Shown here in pieces: positions 18,537 to 28,966 of a stretch of DNA of 64,000 nucleotides. Origin of the DNA: a bacterium (GTDB lineage: Bacteria > Patescibacteriota > Saccharimonadia > CAILAD01 > GCA-016700035); NCBI GenBank assembly GCA_016700035.1, contig CP064998.1, positions 398,790-462,789 of the forward strand. Reading direction: 5' to 3'. The notes under the pieces were generated by a model. It worked only from the letters and a program-made list of their open reading frames with translations, did no database searches and had not been told where the DNA came from. How positions within the stretch are numbered: the stretch's first letter is position 1; each line of letters opens with the position of its first letter. The translations under genes were made by a program, and so were the position numbers.

Positions 18537-19457
18537 TTACAGATCATAGCCATGGAGGCCCGCCACTCTTTTACAGGTCTTTGTAACGTAGTCTATCTCA
18601 GTTTTTGTTAAACGCTTTTTCCATAGCTCGGTTAAGTCTTTTGATTTACGGTGTATGGAGTGAATTTTCGTATCCTTACCTTCGGCTTTATTTTTGGCAT
18701 TGGTCAGTTCGTCAACTTTAGCTTTAACCGTGGTGGAATATTCTAATCCCAAACGCTTAAAAAGTTGCTTAAACTCTTGCTCGGGGTTGCTACTAATATC
18801 TTCATGCTTAATAAAAATCCAGTCTGGATATTTCTGCGACAACTCATAAGCTTTTTCATAGACCATATTATAAAGTAGGGCTGTTTCCTCGAGCTTTGTA
18901 TGATTGCCTTTTGCAAACTCTTTAGCTTCTTTTTTATATTGAGGTAAATAGGTATTTAATAGCTCATTTTGGTGGGCGAGACGATCAAATGGTACACCCC
19001 AATCAACTTGTTTACAGCTGGCTACCAGTGCCAGTGGGTTACGCAAAAGGAATATTACTTGAGTATCGTATGCTTTATATAGCCACTCAGCCGCAAATGG
19101 ACTTAAGGGATCTTTGTAGAGGGGCTGTTTGCCCATTAGTCGTTTAGAGTTATTAAAATGTTTAAAATGTGTGCGGTATGGCTTTTCATTACCCTCGTAT
19201 ATATAGGGGTACCATGTATTGAGGTTGAGTCCGCAAATTGGGCAATAGGTGTCACGCGAGAGGTCATCAAACCAGGGTGATAGTGGTTCATAAACATAGC
19301 GCAGTTCATTAGCTTGAGCCAGAATAGTCCCAACAAAAGTGGTGCCTCCACGATGCGTACCGCTAATTAATATTGGTCGCACTTCCATCTCTGGTAAGAT
19401 CAGGCTAAATTTCTGCATTACATAATATAGGATGGAGCGAAATTTATTTTCAATCAT
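18537..19457 (-). CDS. Sulfotransferase family protein
   Basis: PAPS 5'-phosphosulfate-binding-like loop 'ISGTHRGGTTFV'. About 300 aa soluble protein. Its start codon overlaps the beginning of repeat copy B. Confidence 0.6.
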   Translation of the reverse strand: MIENKFRSILYYVMQKFSLILPEMEVRPILISGTHRGGTTFVGTILAQANELRYVYEPLSPWFDDLSRDTYCPICGLNLNTWYPYIYEGNEKPYRTHFKHFNNSKRLMGKQPLYKDPLSPFAAEWLYKAYDTQVIFLLRNPLALVASCKQVDWGVPFDRLAHQNELLNTYLPQYKKEAKEFAKGNHTKLEETALLYNMVYEKAYELSQKYPDWIFIKHEDISSNPEQEFKQLFKRLGLEYSTTVKAKVDELTNAKNKAEGKDTKIHSIHRKSKDLTELWKKRLTKTEIDYVTKTCKRVAGLHGYDL

Positions 19458-19529
19458 TGCGTTTAATCTATTCCTTTAAATATTAACTTACAGTATACCG
19501 CACTTGCACATTACATTTACCCCTCCCCA

Positions 19530-19823
19530 CTACTTCCCAGCCCGAGGCAGCAGCAAACTAACAGTGGTGCCCTTACCAACCACTGACCGCATGGTAAGTT
19601 CACCACCAACTCGCTCTACAATCAGTCTATCTAAGTACAGTGACAAACCAATCCCTTCATAGTCATAGGCTAGGACATCTGTCCCTCTAGCAAAGGGTTG
19701 CATGAGTTGAGCAAGCTTGTCTTTAGCAATACCTACACCAGTGTCTTGAACAGCAAGATGAATCATATCGCCCTGAGCCACAATAGTTAGGCCAATCTCA
19801 GCTCCGGCCTTAGAGAACTTCAC
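19530..19823 (-). CDS. Giant sensor kinase copy 2, detached C-terminal HATPase_c fragment (downstream of a 2-bp insertion)
   Basis: Identical to the last 97 aa of copy 1 (G1/G2 boxes). The reported first residue is a GTG codon corresponding to Val in copy 1. Confidence 0.6.
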   Translation of the reverse strand: MKFSKAGAEIGLTIVAQGDMIHLAVQDTGVGIAKDKLAQLMQPFARGTDVLAYDYEGIGLSLYLDRLIVERVGGELTMRSVVGKGTTVSLLLPRAGK

Positions 19824-19855
19824 CGCATTACCAATCAGTGAGCTAACTATCTGGG

Positions 19856-22800
19856 CTAGTGCCTCCCAGGAGTAAGGTTAACAGCTAGATTTGGTTCAAT
19901 CTTAGAGTTAAACTTCATACCCTGACTTTCAACATACTCCGTCATGACCGGCAAGTGTGACTCTAACCAAGGCTTGAGTGGGGTGAGGGCAGTTTCGGCT
20001 GAGACTTGACCAACTGTAGTAATCTGACTGAGCTTAGCGGCTACCTGACCAAGCATGGCATAGCCATTAGCGAAGGTTGGAACTTGACCAGTAGCTAAGA
20101 GCTTCTCAGCTGGCAAGCGCATAGCATCAATCTGGTCATTTAATTCCTTAGTAGTAGTCTCCATGAAGCTAACTCGTTGACTGTCAATATTACGTTCAAA
20201 GCTGAGAGTAGCTTGAGCTTGTTTGTTTAAGGAACGTAAGCGCCAGCGAGCCCGGTAGGTAAACAGTACCATTAAGCCAGCAAAGATAGTTAGACAGATG
20301 AAGACTCCCACAGTGTAAGGGTTCAAGCCCATGCGGCCAACTACTAGAATAACAATCTCAAAGATTAACATTAGTGCCACTGTACTAACTACTGGCAACC
20401 AAACTCCAGTTCGTCGCATTAAGTGGGGGAGATCTTGTTTATCTAGTTGAACTAAGCCAGCACTGGCTTCAGTGGAGTCTTGGTTAGCTTGGAGCAAGTT
20501 AGCGGTATCATGACTCATAATCTCTAATGAGGCACCAATTACTTTAATCTCATGGGCCATGTGGGGTAGGGCAGTCTGAGCTAACTCTAAGCTACCTCGC
20601 ATAATTTGCAATGGTGTATTGAGGTAATGCGAGCTTAGGTTAACAAAGTCTGCTCGCAACTGCTTACTAACTCGGTAGCGTCTTAAGAGTTTGTCTAAGT
20701 GATTATACACTTGCTGTTCGCGCCAGGTTTGGTAGAGGTAGAAGATAGCTAGCGCTACTAACAGAATGAGTAAACTAGCTGGTGCATAACTAGCACTGGG
20801 ACCGAGGGCTCCGATGTAGCCACGAAGTTTTTCGGTGAAGCTACCACTACCATCTTGCACTCGTTGGGGAGCTGGAGTAACACTTGGCTTTGGCTTATAC
20901 ACTGGTGTACCAGGAACTGGCGTGTTGGTTCTGGTGTCAGTGGTTGGAACTTCGGGATCCGGGGTTGGGGTAACAGTAGTGGTTGGTGATGGGGTGGGGT
21001 CTGGTGTAACGCTTGGAGATGGTGATGGGGTGGATGGAGTGAGGGTAGTGCCAGACACCGGGCTAGTGTAAGGGCTAGTACCTACACTATTAATGGCTGC
21101 CACTCTAAAGTCATAGCTAGTGCTGGGGTTTAGGTTAGTTAGTACATGGGTAGTTGGTAATGGACCTTGGGTTGGAGCATTAATCCAGGTACTACTAGAA
21201 GAGGCTTTGTACTGGACTTGGTAGCTGGTGATGGGGCTATTACCATCGTCAGCTGGTGGTTGCCAGTTGAGCTTCATGGATGTAGTGGTTACATCCGTGA
21301 TGGAGGGAGAGAGAGGGGCGGAGGGGGCTGTAGCTGGGCAGTCTTTACCGGCATCATTTATTGTCCAGCTTTTGTTAGTGATGATGCTTTGGCGTTGAGC
21401 TTCAGCATTACAGTATTTGCTAGTGCCAGCATCAAAAATAACTGAGCTTTCTAGGTTTTGAGCAGACCAAGCAATGAGAGTAGCATCGTAGTTGGGGGTG
21501 GAGAGGCCAGATGGATTTGGCGTATAAGATTCATCGACGGGATATCCTAGTACTGACGACATCATAATCCAAAAATCATCCTTTTCTTGTTGAGTCCATT
21601 GGCTATAAGACTTACCTAGCTGTATTTCATTATCAGTAATAGAAGCTTGTACTATGTCACCAAACATACCCTGCATACTTACTACATTACTGATATTCCA
21701 ACTATCTAGTGATTGGTCAAAGCTCGTTGTGCTAGAAAACATGCCTTGCATTTCTATTGCACTGCTAACATCCCAATTATTAAGGGGCTGGTTGAAGTCA
21801 GTAGCACCTGCAAACATACCATTCATACTGGTTACGCTGCCAACATTCCAGTCATTTAAAGGTTGGTTGAAGGTATCGGCTTTAAAAAACATACTGATCA
21901 TATCTGTCACATTGCCAACATTCCAGTTATTTAGAGGTTGATTGAATCTAGTATAAGCAAACATACCTCCCATATCTGTCACATTGCCAACATCCCAGCT
22001 ATTTAAGGGCTGGTTGAAGGCGCTACTTTGCATAAACATACCGTCCATCCTGGTTACATTGCTGACATTCCAATTATTTAGGGGTTGATTGAAGGCGCTG
22101 CTTTGTGCAAACATAAATCTCATATCTGTCACATTGCCAACATCCCAGCTATTTAAGGGCTGGTTGAAGGCGCTGCTTTGTGTAAACATATATTGCATGC
22201 CTGTTACATTGCTGACATCCCAATTATTTAAGGGTTGGTTGAAGGCATCGGTTTCAAAAAACATACCTTCCATATTTGTTGAATTGCTGACATCCCAATT
22301 ATTTAGTGGTTGATTGAAGCTAGTACCACCTGCAAACATACCTTTCATATTTGTTGAATTGCTGACATTCCAATTATTTAGGGGTTGATTGAAGGCGCTG
22401 CTTTGTGCAAACATAAATCTCATATCTGTCACATTGCCAACATCCCAGCTATTTAAGGGCTGGTTGAAGGCGCTGCTTTGTGTAAACATATATTGCATGC
22501 CTGTTACATTGCTGACATCCCAATTATTTAAGGGCTGGTTGAATGAACCTGCTTCCGTGAACAAATTTGATACATCGGTAACATTACTAACATCCCAATT
22601 TTCAATATTAGAATTAAAACTTGATGCCCCTTCAAACATACTAACCATGCCTGTTACCTGACTTAAGTCTGGCGTATCAGTGGCAGTAAAGGTTGTAATA
22701 TTCTTAGCGTCACGGAACATTTGACTCATATCCTGCCAGGCAATATCGCCCCATTGTTTGACATCTATAATCTTTTCTTGATCGCCATTAGATTGATACA

Positions 22801-25800
22801 TGTGTGGGAAAGTGCCAGTTATGGCAATGTCATATTCACCGGCAGAACCATAGGTACAAGTTACGTTACCGGTTTGATTGGAGTGTTCTGGAGTCCCATC
22901 GTTATTGCAATCTACGTTGTAGTTATATGCGTAGTTGCCATTAGTAGGAATGGTGTATTGGTTATTGTTGCTAATGCCGGGGTTGTCGGTTTTGACACGC
23001 ATTATGAAAGGATCTTGAGGGCAGCTTTCTCCACTATCGTTGATTGTCCAGCTAAAGTTAGTGATGATACTTTGGCGTTGAGCTTCAGAATTACAGTATT
23101 TGCTAGTGCCAGCGTCAAATGTGACCGAGCTTTCTAGGTTTTGAGCAGACCAAGCAATTAAAGTAGCGTCGTAGTTGGGGGTGGAGAGGCCGGATGGATT
23201 GGGTACATAGGACTCATCGACAGGGTAGCCTATATACCAAGACATTTGCCACCAAAAATTATCTTTTTCAGCTTGAGTCCATTGAGCGTAGGATTTACCA
23301 AGTTGCTGTTCAAAGCCTTGTTTAGCAAGTAATATATAATCGCTAAACATGCCTTGCAAACTTGCTACATTACTAACATTCCAGTTAGCTAGCGATTGAT
23401 CGAAGCTTGTTGTGTTAGCAAACATACCCGTCATGACTGTTACATTGCTAACGTTCCAGTTATTTAGGGGTTGATTGAAACTAGTATTGACTGCAAACAT
23501 TAAACTCATATTTGTTACATTGCTAACATCCCAGTCATTGAGAGGTTGATTGAAGGCACTGGTTCGCCATAACATAAAGCTCATATCTGTTACATTGCTA
23601 ACATTCCAGCCGTTGAGTGGTTGATTAAAAGATGTAGCAAAGGCAAACATACCTTCCATATTAGTCACAACACTCGTATCCCAATTATTTATATTTTGAT
23701 TAAAATATTGAGCACCGGTAAACATGTTCTCCATTGTTACAACACTGCTTGTGTCCCAGTTATTGAGGGGCTGGTTGAATGGTACGCTGCTTTCGGCCAT
23801 TTCCCATCCAAACATCCAAGACATATCAACAACATTGCTAACGTCCCAGTTATTGAGAGGTTGATTAAAGGCACTAGTTTCCATAAACAATTGACTCATA
23901 TTTGTAACGTTACTAACATCCCAGTTATTTAAAGGTTGGTTAAAGCTGTCTGTTCCATAAAATAAGCCGAACATATCAACAACACTACTAACATCCCAGT
24001 CATTGAGGGGTTGATTGAAGGCATCGGCATCTTGAAACACCCGGTGCATACTGGTAATGTTACTAACATCCCAATTATTTATATTTGTATCAAAGTTTGT
24101 CGCGTTAGCAAAGACGTTATCCATACTGGTTACCTGGCTTAAGTTTGGGGTATCTGTAGCGGTAAACACAGATATATTTGAAGCACCAGAGAACATTCCA
24201 GTCATATCTTGCCATTCAATATCACCCCATTGTTTGACGTCTATAATCTTTTCTTGATCGCCACTACTAGGTTGATACATATGTGGAAAAGTGCCAGTTA
24301 TAGCAATGTCGTACTCCCCGGCAGAACCATATGTGCAAGTAACATTGCCAGTTTGGTTGGTGTATTCTGGAGTACCATCGTTATTGCAATCTACGGCGTA
24401 ATTATATGTATAGTTGTTATTAGCAGGAATGGTGTATTGGTTATTGTTACTGGCACCGGGGTTATCAGTTTTGACGCGCATTATGAAAGGTTGTTGAGCA
24501 CAAGCACTGGTTGTAAAAGTTTGGTCTTGGCCATAGCCAGTGCCATAACCGTTGGTAGCATATGCTCGGTAATGATATGTTGTGCCACAGGTTAGCCCAC
24601 TTATATTAGCAGTTATTGTCCCAACATAACGCTTCAGTCTATAACCTAAGTTGTCTTGGATGTAGAGATTACCGTTAGGACTAAATGCAAGATCATGCGG
24701 GAATGTAAATTCTGTTAGCCCTGAGCCACCACTGCCGAACTGCGATATGTAAAAACCATTACTGCTAAACTTTTGGACACGGTGATTAAAGAAATCCATA
24801 ACATAGACATTGCCGTCTTTGTCAATCGCTGCATTGCTAGGATGATTGAATTGTCCGTTACCGCTACCACCGCTACCCCACTTAGTAACGTATGCACCTG
24901 TAGAATCAAATTTTTGAATGCGATTATTATATGTATCGGATACATATATATAGCCAGATCCATCTACAGTTACACCATGTGGTTGACTGAACTGACCGTT
25001 ACCACTACCATTTGAACCAAATTTCATGAGGAAGTTGCCATTAGAATCGAATTTTTGAATACGATTATTATCCGTGTCGGCAATAAATATATTATCGCTA
25101 TCATCTATGTAAATACTGGTCAGAGCATTGAACTGTCCATCGCCCGTTCCGCTAGAGCCCCACTTAGAAACATATACCCCACTAGGGTTAAATTTCTGAA
25201 CTCGATGATTGTGTGTGTCTGCAACGTATATACTGCCTGCGCTGTCAACTGCCACGTCGTTTATAGCACTTAATTGTCCATCACCACTACCACTGACGCC
25301 AAACTTCATTAAAAAGTTACCGTCAGCATCAAATTTTTGAATACGGTGTCTCTCTGAATCTGCAACGTAGACATTACCACTAGAGTCTGTAGTAATACCA
25401 TAAGCAAAGCCAAACTGACCATCGCCAGTTCCGCTAGAGCCATGAGTGGTAATTGTGGCACTACTGTCGGTGGCTGTTGAGCCATAGCTGTTAGTTGTAC
25501 CATATTGAAATCCACGAGCTGTAATTGCATCTGGCGAAGTAACACCGTTTAGGGTAGCGGATACATCTGTAATATTTGTTGCCGAATTTGTATCAACTTG
25601 CGGTGCGCGAGTAGAGGCACAATCCTGCCCGCCATCACTAATTGTCCATGAATGATTGGTTATAATATTCTGGCGCTCAGTAGTAGAGACACAGTATTTG
25701 CTGGTGCCTCCGTTAAATGTAATTCCGTTATTTAAAGCTTGCTGACTCCATGCGGTTAGCGTTGTGTCATAATTACTTGTTGAAAGCCCTGATCCACCGG

Positions 25801-27202
25801 AAAACATATTTGACATATTAGTTACGTTACTAACATTCCAGTTATTTAACGATTGATTGAAAGATGTAGCATAATTAAACATACCCGACATATTAGTAAC
25901 ACTACTAACATTCCAGTCATTTAGCGATTGATTGAAAGATGTAGCATAATTAAACATATTTGACATATTAGTTACGTTACTGACGTTCCAATTATCAATA
26001 GATTGATTAAAGGTAGTGTTATTAAACATTTCCCTCATATTAATAACGTTACCTGTATCCCAATTGTTAATGGATTGATTAAACGACTGCGCACCATAAA
26101 ATAACATGTGCATATATATCACATTGCTTACGTCCCAATTATTTAGGGGTTGGTTGAATGATTTTGCATTGTGGAACATGCCACTTATATTAGTTACATT
26201 ACTGACATCCCAGTGGTTTATATTACTATTGAAACTGTTCGCAACACCCGCACCAGTGAACATAGATGACATATCGGTTACTTGACTTAAGTCGGGAGCA
26301 TCAAGTGCTGATATCTGGAATACACCCGGAACATCACCCTGATATTCAAATGACTGGCCCATAGATTTCCACTGGTTCGTTCCCCATTGTAATACATCAA
26401 GAACCTTTCTCTGTCCGACTGCAGTGTATGCGTGAAAGCTTGGGAATAAACCTGTAATACTTATTTCATATTGGCCTGGTACTCCGTAATTGCAGGTATA
26501 GTTGCTGGTTTGATTTGTGGCTTCTGGAGTACCGTCATTATTACAGTCAACGGTGTAGTTATAGGGTGAAGCTGTAACTCCTATTGTAAACTGATTATTA
26601 CCGTTTGAACCTGGGTTATCTGTCTTAACCCTAATTATAAACTCCCCAGGCGCCCAATCGCCGTTGTAAGTAACCGAGTTGTCAGTTGAAGTTGATGCTT
26701 GGTTAGTGCCACTAGCTATGTTCTGGGCTGAGATTAGTTCTTGGGCTATGGTTGGGATGATGGTTCCTGCACTGGTAGCTTGGATACGTACTTCATAGGT
26801 TGTTTTGTTGAAGGTTCCGGCTTCGGTAATTGATTGGATTTGTTGTCCTGGTGCAGTACCACCTAGAGTTATGTCTGGGTTAGTAAAGGTAGCCTCATCA
26901 ATAGCTTCATTAAACTGCACGGTAAAGACAGAAGTATAGGAAGGGTTAGCATCAGGGGTACCAGTTTTTTGATTTATTGATACAGTTAAGCTACCCGGAG
27001 CTGCCTTACTGTCATGACGGTCATTATATAAACCGGCATATAGAAAGCTAATTAAGGTAATTGCAATAGCCGATAAGAAGATGAAGAGTCTTTGACCTGA
27101 AGTAATATTAAGCCGTTGTTTTAACTTCTTCTTAGAACGACGCCGGTGCTCAGCCTTATTTACAGCATCAGTAACAGACTTCTTATTGCTCATAGGATCC
27201 AA
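19856..27202 (-). CDS. Giant (2448 aa) surface repeat protein / sensor histidine kinase, copy 2
   Basis: Domain order: signal-anchor, Ig-like region, DUF285 block, NHL propeller, FN3-like, DUF285 block, linker, DUF285 block, FN3, Pro/Thr linker, TM, H-box 'SHYLNTPL', 2 TM, start of HATPase (N-box region). It ends prematurely at '...NLTPGRH' because of a 2-bp insertion relative to copy 1. Confidence 0.75.
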   Translation of the reverse strand: MDPMSNKKSVTDAVNKAEHRRRSKKKLKQRLNITSGQRLFIFLSAIAITLISFLYAGLYNDRHDSKAAPGSLTVSINQKTGTPDANPSYTSVFTVQFNEAIDEATFTNPDITLGGTAPGQQIQSITEAGTFNKTTYEVRIQATSAGTIIPTIAQELISAQNIASGTNQASTSTDNSVTYNGDWAPGEFIIRVKTDNPGSNGNNQFTIGVTASPYNYTVDCNNDGTPEATNQTSNYTCNYGVPGQYEISITGLFPSFHAYTAVGQRKVLDVLQWGTNQWKSMGQSFEYQGDVPGVFQISALDAPDLSQVTDMSSMFTGAGVANSFNSNINHWDVSNVTNISGMFHNAKSFNQPLNNWDVSNVIYMHMLFYGAQSFNQSINNWDTGNVINMREMFNNTTFNQSIDNWNVSNVTNMSNMFNYATSFNQSLNDWNVSSVTNMSGMFNYATSFNQSLNNWNVSNVTNMSNMFSGGSGLSTSNYDTTLTAWSQQALNNGITFNGGTSKYCVSTTERQNIITNHSWTISDGGQDCASTRAPQVDTNSATNITDVSATLNGVTSPDAITARGFQYGTTNSYGSTATDSSATITTHGSSGTGDGQFGFAYGITTDSSGNVYVADSERHRIQKFDADGNFLMKFGVSGSGDGQLSAINDVAVDSAGSIYVADTHNHRVQKFNPSGVYVSKWGSSGTGDGQFNALTSIYIDDSDNIFIADTDNNRIQKFDSNGNFLMKFGSNGSGNGQFSQPHGVTVDGSGYIYVSDTYNNRIQKFDSTGAYVTKWGSGGSGNGQFNHPSNAAIDKDGNVYVMDFFNHRVQKFSSNGFYISQFGSGGSGLTEFTFPHDLAFSPNGNLYIQDNLGYRLKRYVGTITANISGLTCGTTYHYRAYATNGYGTGYGQDQTFTTSACAQQPFIMRVKTDNPGASNNNQYTIPANNNYTYNYAVDCNNDGTPEYTNQTGNVTCTYGSAGEYDIAITGTFPHMYQPSSGDQEKIIDVKQWGDIEWQDMTGMFSGASNISVFTATDTPNLSQVTSMDNVFANATNFDTNINNWDVSNITSMHRVFQDADAFNQPLNDWDVSSVVDMFGLFYGTDSFNQPLNNWDVSNVTNMSQLFMETSAFNQPLNNWDVSNVVDMSWMFGWEMAESSVPFNQPLNNWDTSSVVTMENMFTGAQYFNQNINNWDTSVVTNMEGMFAFATSFNQPLNGWNVSNVTDMSFMLWRTSAFNQPLNDWDVSNVTNMSLMFAVNTSFNQPLNNWNVSNVTVMTGMFANTTSFDQSLANWNVSNVASLQGMFSDYILLAKQGFEQQLGKSYAQWTQAEKDNFWWQMSWYIGYPVDESYVPNPSGLSTPNYDATLIAWSAQNLESSVTFDAGTSKYCNSEAQRQSIITNFSWTINDSGESCPQDPFIMRVKTDNPGISNNNQYTIPTNGNYAYNYNVDCNNDGTPEHSNQTGNVTCTYGSAGEYDIAITGTFPHMYQSNGDQEKIIDVKQWGDIAWQDMSQMFRDAKNITTFTATDTPDLSQVTGMVSMFEGASSFNSNIENWDVSNVTDVSNLFTEAGSFNQPLNNWDVSNVTGMQYMFTQSSAFNQPLNSWDVGNVTDMRFMFAQSSAFNQPLNNWNVSNSTNMKGMFAGGTSFNQPLNNWDVSNSTNMEGMFFETDAFNQPLNNWDVSNVTGMQYMFTQSSAFNQPLNSWDVGNVTDMRFMFAQSSAFNQPLNNWNVSNVTRMDGMFMQSSAFNQPLNSWDVGNVTDMGGMFAYTRFNQPLNNWNVGNVTDMISMFFKADTFNQPLNDWNVGSVTSMNGMFAGATDFNQPLNNWDVSSAIEMQGMFSSTTSFDQSLDSWNISNVVSMQGMFGDIVQASITDNEIQLGKSYSQWTQQEKDDFWIMMSSVLGYPVDESYTPNPSGLSTPNYDATLIAWSAQNLESSVIFDAGTSKYCNAEAQRQSIITNKSWTINDAGKDCPATAPSAPLSPSITDVTTTSMKLNWQPPADDGNSPITSYQVQYKASSSSTWINAPTQGPLPTTHVLTNLNPSTSYDFRVAAINSVGTSPYTSPVSGTTLTPSTPSPSPSVTPDPTPSPTTTVTPTPDPEVPTTDTRTNTPVPGTPVYKPKPSVTPAPQRVQDGSGSFTEKLRGYIGALGPSASYAPASLLILLVALAIFYLYQTWREQQVYNHLDKLLRRYRVSKQLRADFVNLSSHYLNTPLQIMRGSLELAQTALPHMAHEIKVIGASLEIMSHDTANLLQANQDSTEASAGLVQLDKQDLPHLMRRTGVWLPVVSTVALMLIFEIVILVVGRMGLNPYTVGVFICLTIFAGLMVLFTYRARWRLRSLNKQAQATLSFERNIDSQRVSFMETTTKELNDQIDAMRLPAEKLLATGQVPTFANGYAMLGQVAAKLSQITTVGQVSAETALTPLKPWLESHLPVMTEYVESQGMKFNSKIEPNLAVNLTPGRH
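22047..22536. repeat. Intragenic tandem duplication with a 300-bp period in copy 2 (about 190 bp identical segment repeated)
   Basis: 22081-22236 is identical to 22381-22536. The + strand pseudo-ORFs 22089-22313 and 22389-22661 share their first ~50 aa. Confidence 0.7.
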
Positions 27203-27410
27203 GCTTGGGGCCTCCCACAGATTAATGAGTCATCACCAGAAGAGACACTTAAGCCACACCAGCCATAGCTAGAATACTTAAGGTTTAACCTAAGACATCT
27301 GCCCCTCTGGCAAAAGGCTGTAATTATATTTAGTTTATATCTCTCCATCACCCTCAACAACATTCTTAAAATACCTAAATGCTTATCCTTAAATTATAGT
27401 TGTTTGATGA

Positions 27411-27435
27411 GGGAAGGGGAAGGGGAAGGGGGGAT
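27411..27435. repeat. G-rich microsatellite (GGGGAA)n, three units, upstream of copy-2 start
   Basis: 'gggaaggggaaggggaagggggg'. Compare 17077-17096. Confidence 0.6.
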
Positions 27436-27454
27436 GTTTGTTAGGGAGAGATGT

Positions 27455-27982
27455 TTATTGGTTGGTTGTGTATTCGCTTATATTCTCAAGTACATATTTT
27501 TGCAAGTCTTCTATATATTTATCGTCCTCATCGGTGGCGCCAGCACACTCGCTCTGCCAATATGTACCAAGCCAGACTCGATACCACTGATTATGAATTT
27601 GCCTATGCTGCTCTTTGAGTGTCATATCAGATCCTTTTATGACTGCCTCAGCGATAGCTGTATCGACAGGCCAGATTGCCACCGGATACTCACAGCGATT
27701 AAAATAAGATTCATTATTATCTCGAATAAGATAGCGTTTGGATACCCCAGACGGTAAGTTAATTGGTTCAACTTTATAACTCAGCCCGCGCATGGCTGGG
27801 TCTTGCACCGATAACGAGGATCCCGTTATCGCCAGAACGAAGGGCTTGTCTGAAGCTACTGGGCGACTGAAGCCCAAATAAAATCCATATAGTAGTGAAA
27901 TTACCGCAAGTATAGCTATTGCAATAATAATTCCAGGCAATAGCCTCAGTCCATGTTGCTGATATCGTTTATGTTGTTTCAT
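27455..27982 (-). CDS. Hypothetical membrane-anchored protein
   Basis: ORF with an N-terminal TM 'LLPGIIIAIAILAVISLLYGFY'. No recognisable motif. Confidence 0.5.
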   Translation of the reverse strand: MKQHKRYQQHGLRLLPGIIIAIAILAVISLLYGFYLGFSRPVASDKPFVLAITGSSLSVQDPAMRGLSYKVEPINLPSGVSKRYLIRDNNESYFNRCEYPVAIWPVDTAIAEAVIKGSDMTLKEQHRQIHNQWYRVWLGTYWQSECAGATDEDDKYIEDLQKYVLENISEYTTNQ

Positions 27983-28040
27983 ACTTACAACAAATTAATT
28001 GCTTATGCTCTTTAAGTATAGTGGAAATTAACGCACTTCA

Positions 28041-28436
28041 CTACCGGTTAACAGAGCGTTCTGTTGAGGCGTTATATTCGGCTAGCTCTTCTTCTAATTT
28101 ATGCTTTTTATTATCTAGATAGTGCATTAAGTTTGTGATTGCAGCACTTAGAACTAAGTAGAAAATAATCGCAAAAATAGCTGAGATATCAAGATAGCCG
28201 GTTTCACCAACTGGCTTGGTGGGGAAGATACCGCGGAACGGCGCCATTAGGTCAGTTGTTACATTGTAAACCCATTGCACAAATGGAGTACTAGGGTTGG
28301 CCGAGAATAGTAAGAAGAATACTCTAAATAACAGCAGTGCGTTTGCAAAATATAGAAAGCCGTTGGCAAAATAGGCTACAGCTCGACCAAAAGTAACTGT
28401 CTGTAAGGTTGACTGGGGGTTTTTCTTATCGCTCAT
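28041..28436 (-). CDS. Hypothetical small integral membrane protein
   Basis: Three or four hydrophobic segments. 131 aa. Confidence 0.5.
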   Translation of the reverse strand: MSDKKNPQSTLQTVTFGRAVAYFANGFLYFANALLLFRVFFLLFSANPSTPFVQWVYNVTTDLMAPFRGIFPTKPVGETGYLDISAIFAIIFYLVLSAAITNLMHYLDNKKHKLEEELAEYNASTERSVNR

Positions 28437-28558
28437 ATTAAAACTTATTCCTTTCTATATAATTTCTTAAGTCTAAGTATACTCGCAAATTCGAATTTTT
28501 ATTAGTCGTATTAGTTGGGGGAGGTAGTATAATATATATGTAAGTAAAGGAGTTAAAG

Positions 28559-28966
28559 ATGAGAGGTCCGATCGACTATATTGTTATTGGCTTTACTGGT
28601 AACAGGTTTAAAGGTGACATATTAGCTGAGCTAGCAGCTTCAGTTGAGCAGGGTGTAATATCTGTGCTTGACTTAGCTGTTATTGCTAAGGCTGAAAATG
28701 GGAGTGTGGCAAAGGTAGAATTGGTTGATGTTGAGGGGTTAGAAAATATTCTGCCGGCTAATCGAGAAGAACTGATTAACGAAGATGACATCGCAGAAAT
28801 TGCAGATGTGCTGGATGATAACTGTTCGGCTGGACTGCTAATTATTGAACATCTGTGGGCAAAGGGATTAAAGAAGGCTATTTTAGATGCCGATGGAGTG
28901 CTGCTAGCTGAGGGACGTATTCATCCAGATGCATATACAGAAGTAATTGAGAAAGGAGCAAACTAA
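28559..28966 (+). CDS. Hypothetical protein (acidic, soluble)
   Basis: AGGAG RBS before ATG. Translationally coupled (TAATG) to the next ORF. Confidence 0.5.
   Translation: MRGPIDYIVIGFTGNRFKGDILAELAASVEQGVISVLDLAVIAKAENGSVAKVELVDVEGLENILPANREELINEDDIAEIADVLDDNCSAGLLIIEHLWAKGLKKAILDADGVLLAEGRIHPDAYTEVIEKGAN

Larger units (their letters stand above)
19446..27435. repeat. Large direct repeat, copy B (about 8.0 kb), covering giant sensor-kinase gene copy 2 plus its flanks
   Basis: See copy A. It begins with the sequence that encodes the sulfotransferase start (MIEN). A remnant of that sequence also follows copy A, at 9257-9270 on the minus strand. Confidence 0.85.

Noticed and set aside
27404-27757. 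117-aa plus-strand ORF.
   Set aside because: It overlaps the minus-strand membrane-protein ORF 27455-27982 and starts inside the GGGGAA microsatellite. It is likely non-coding.
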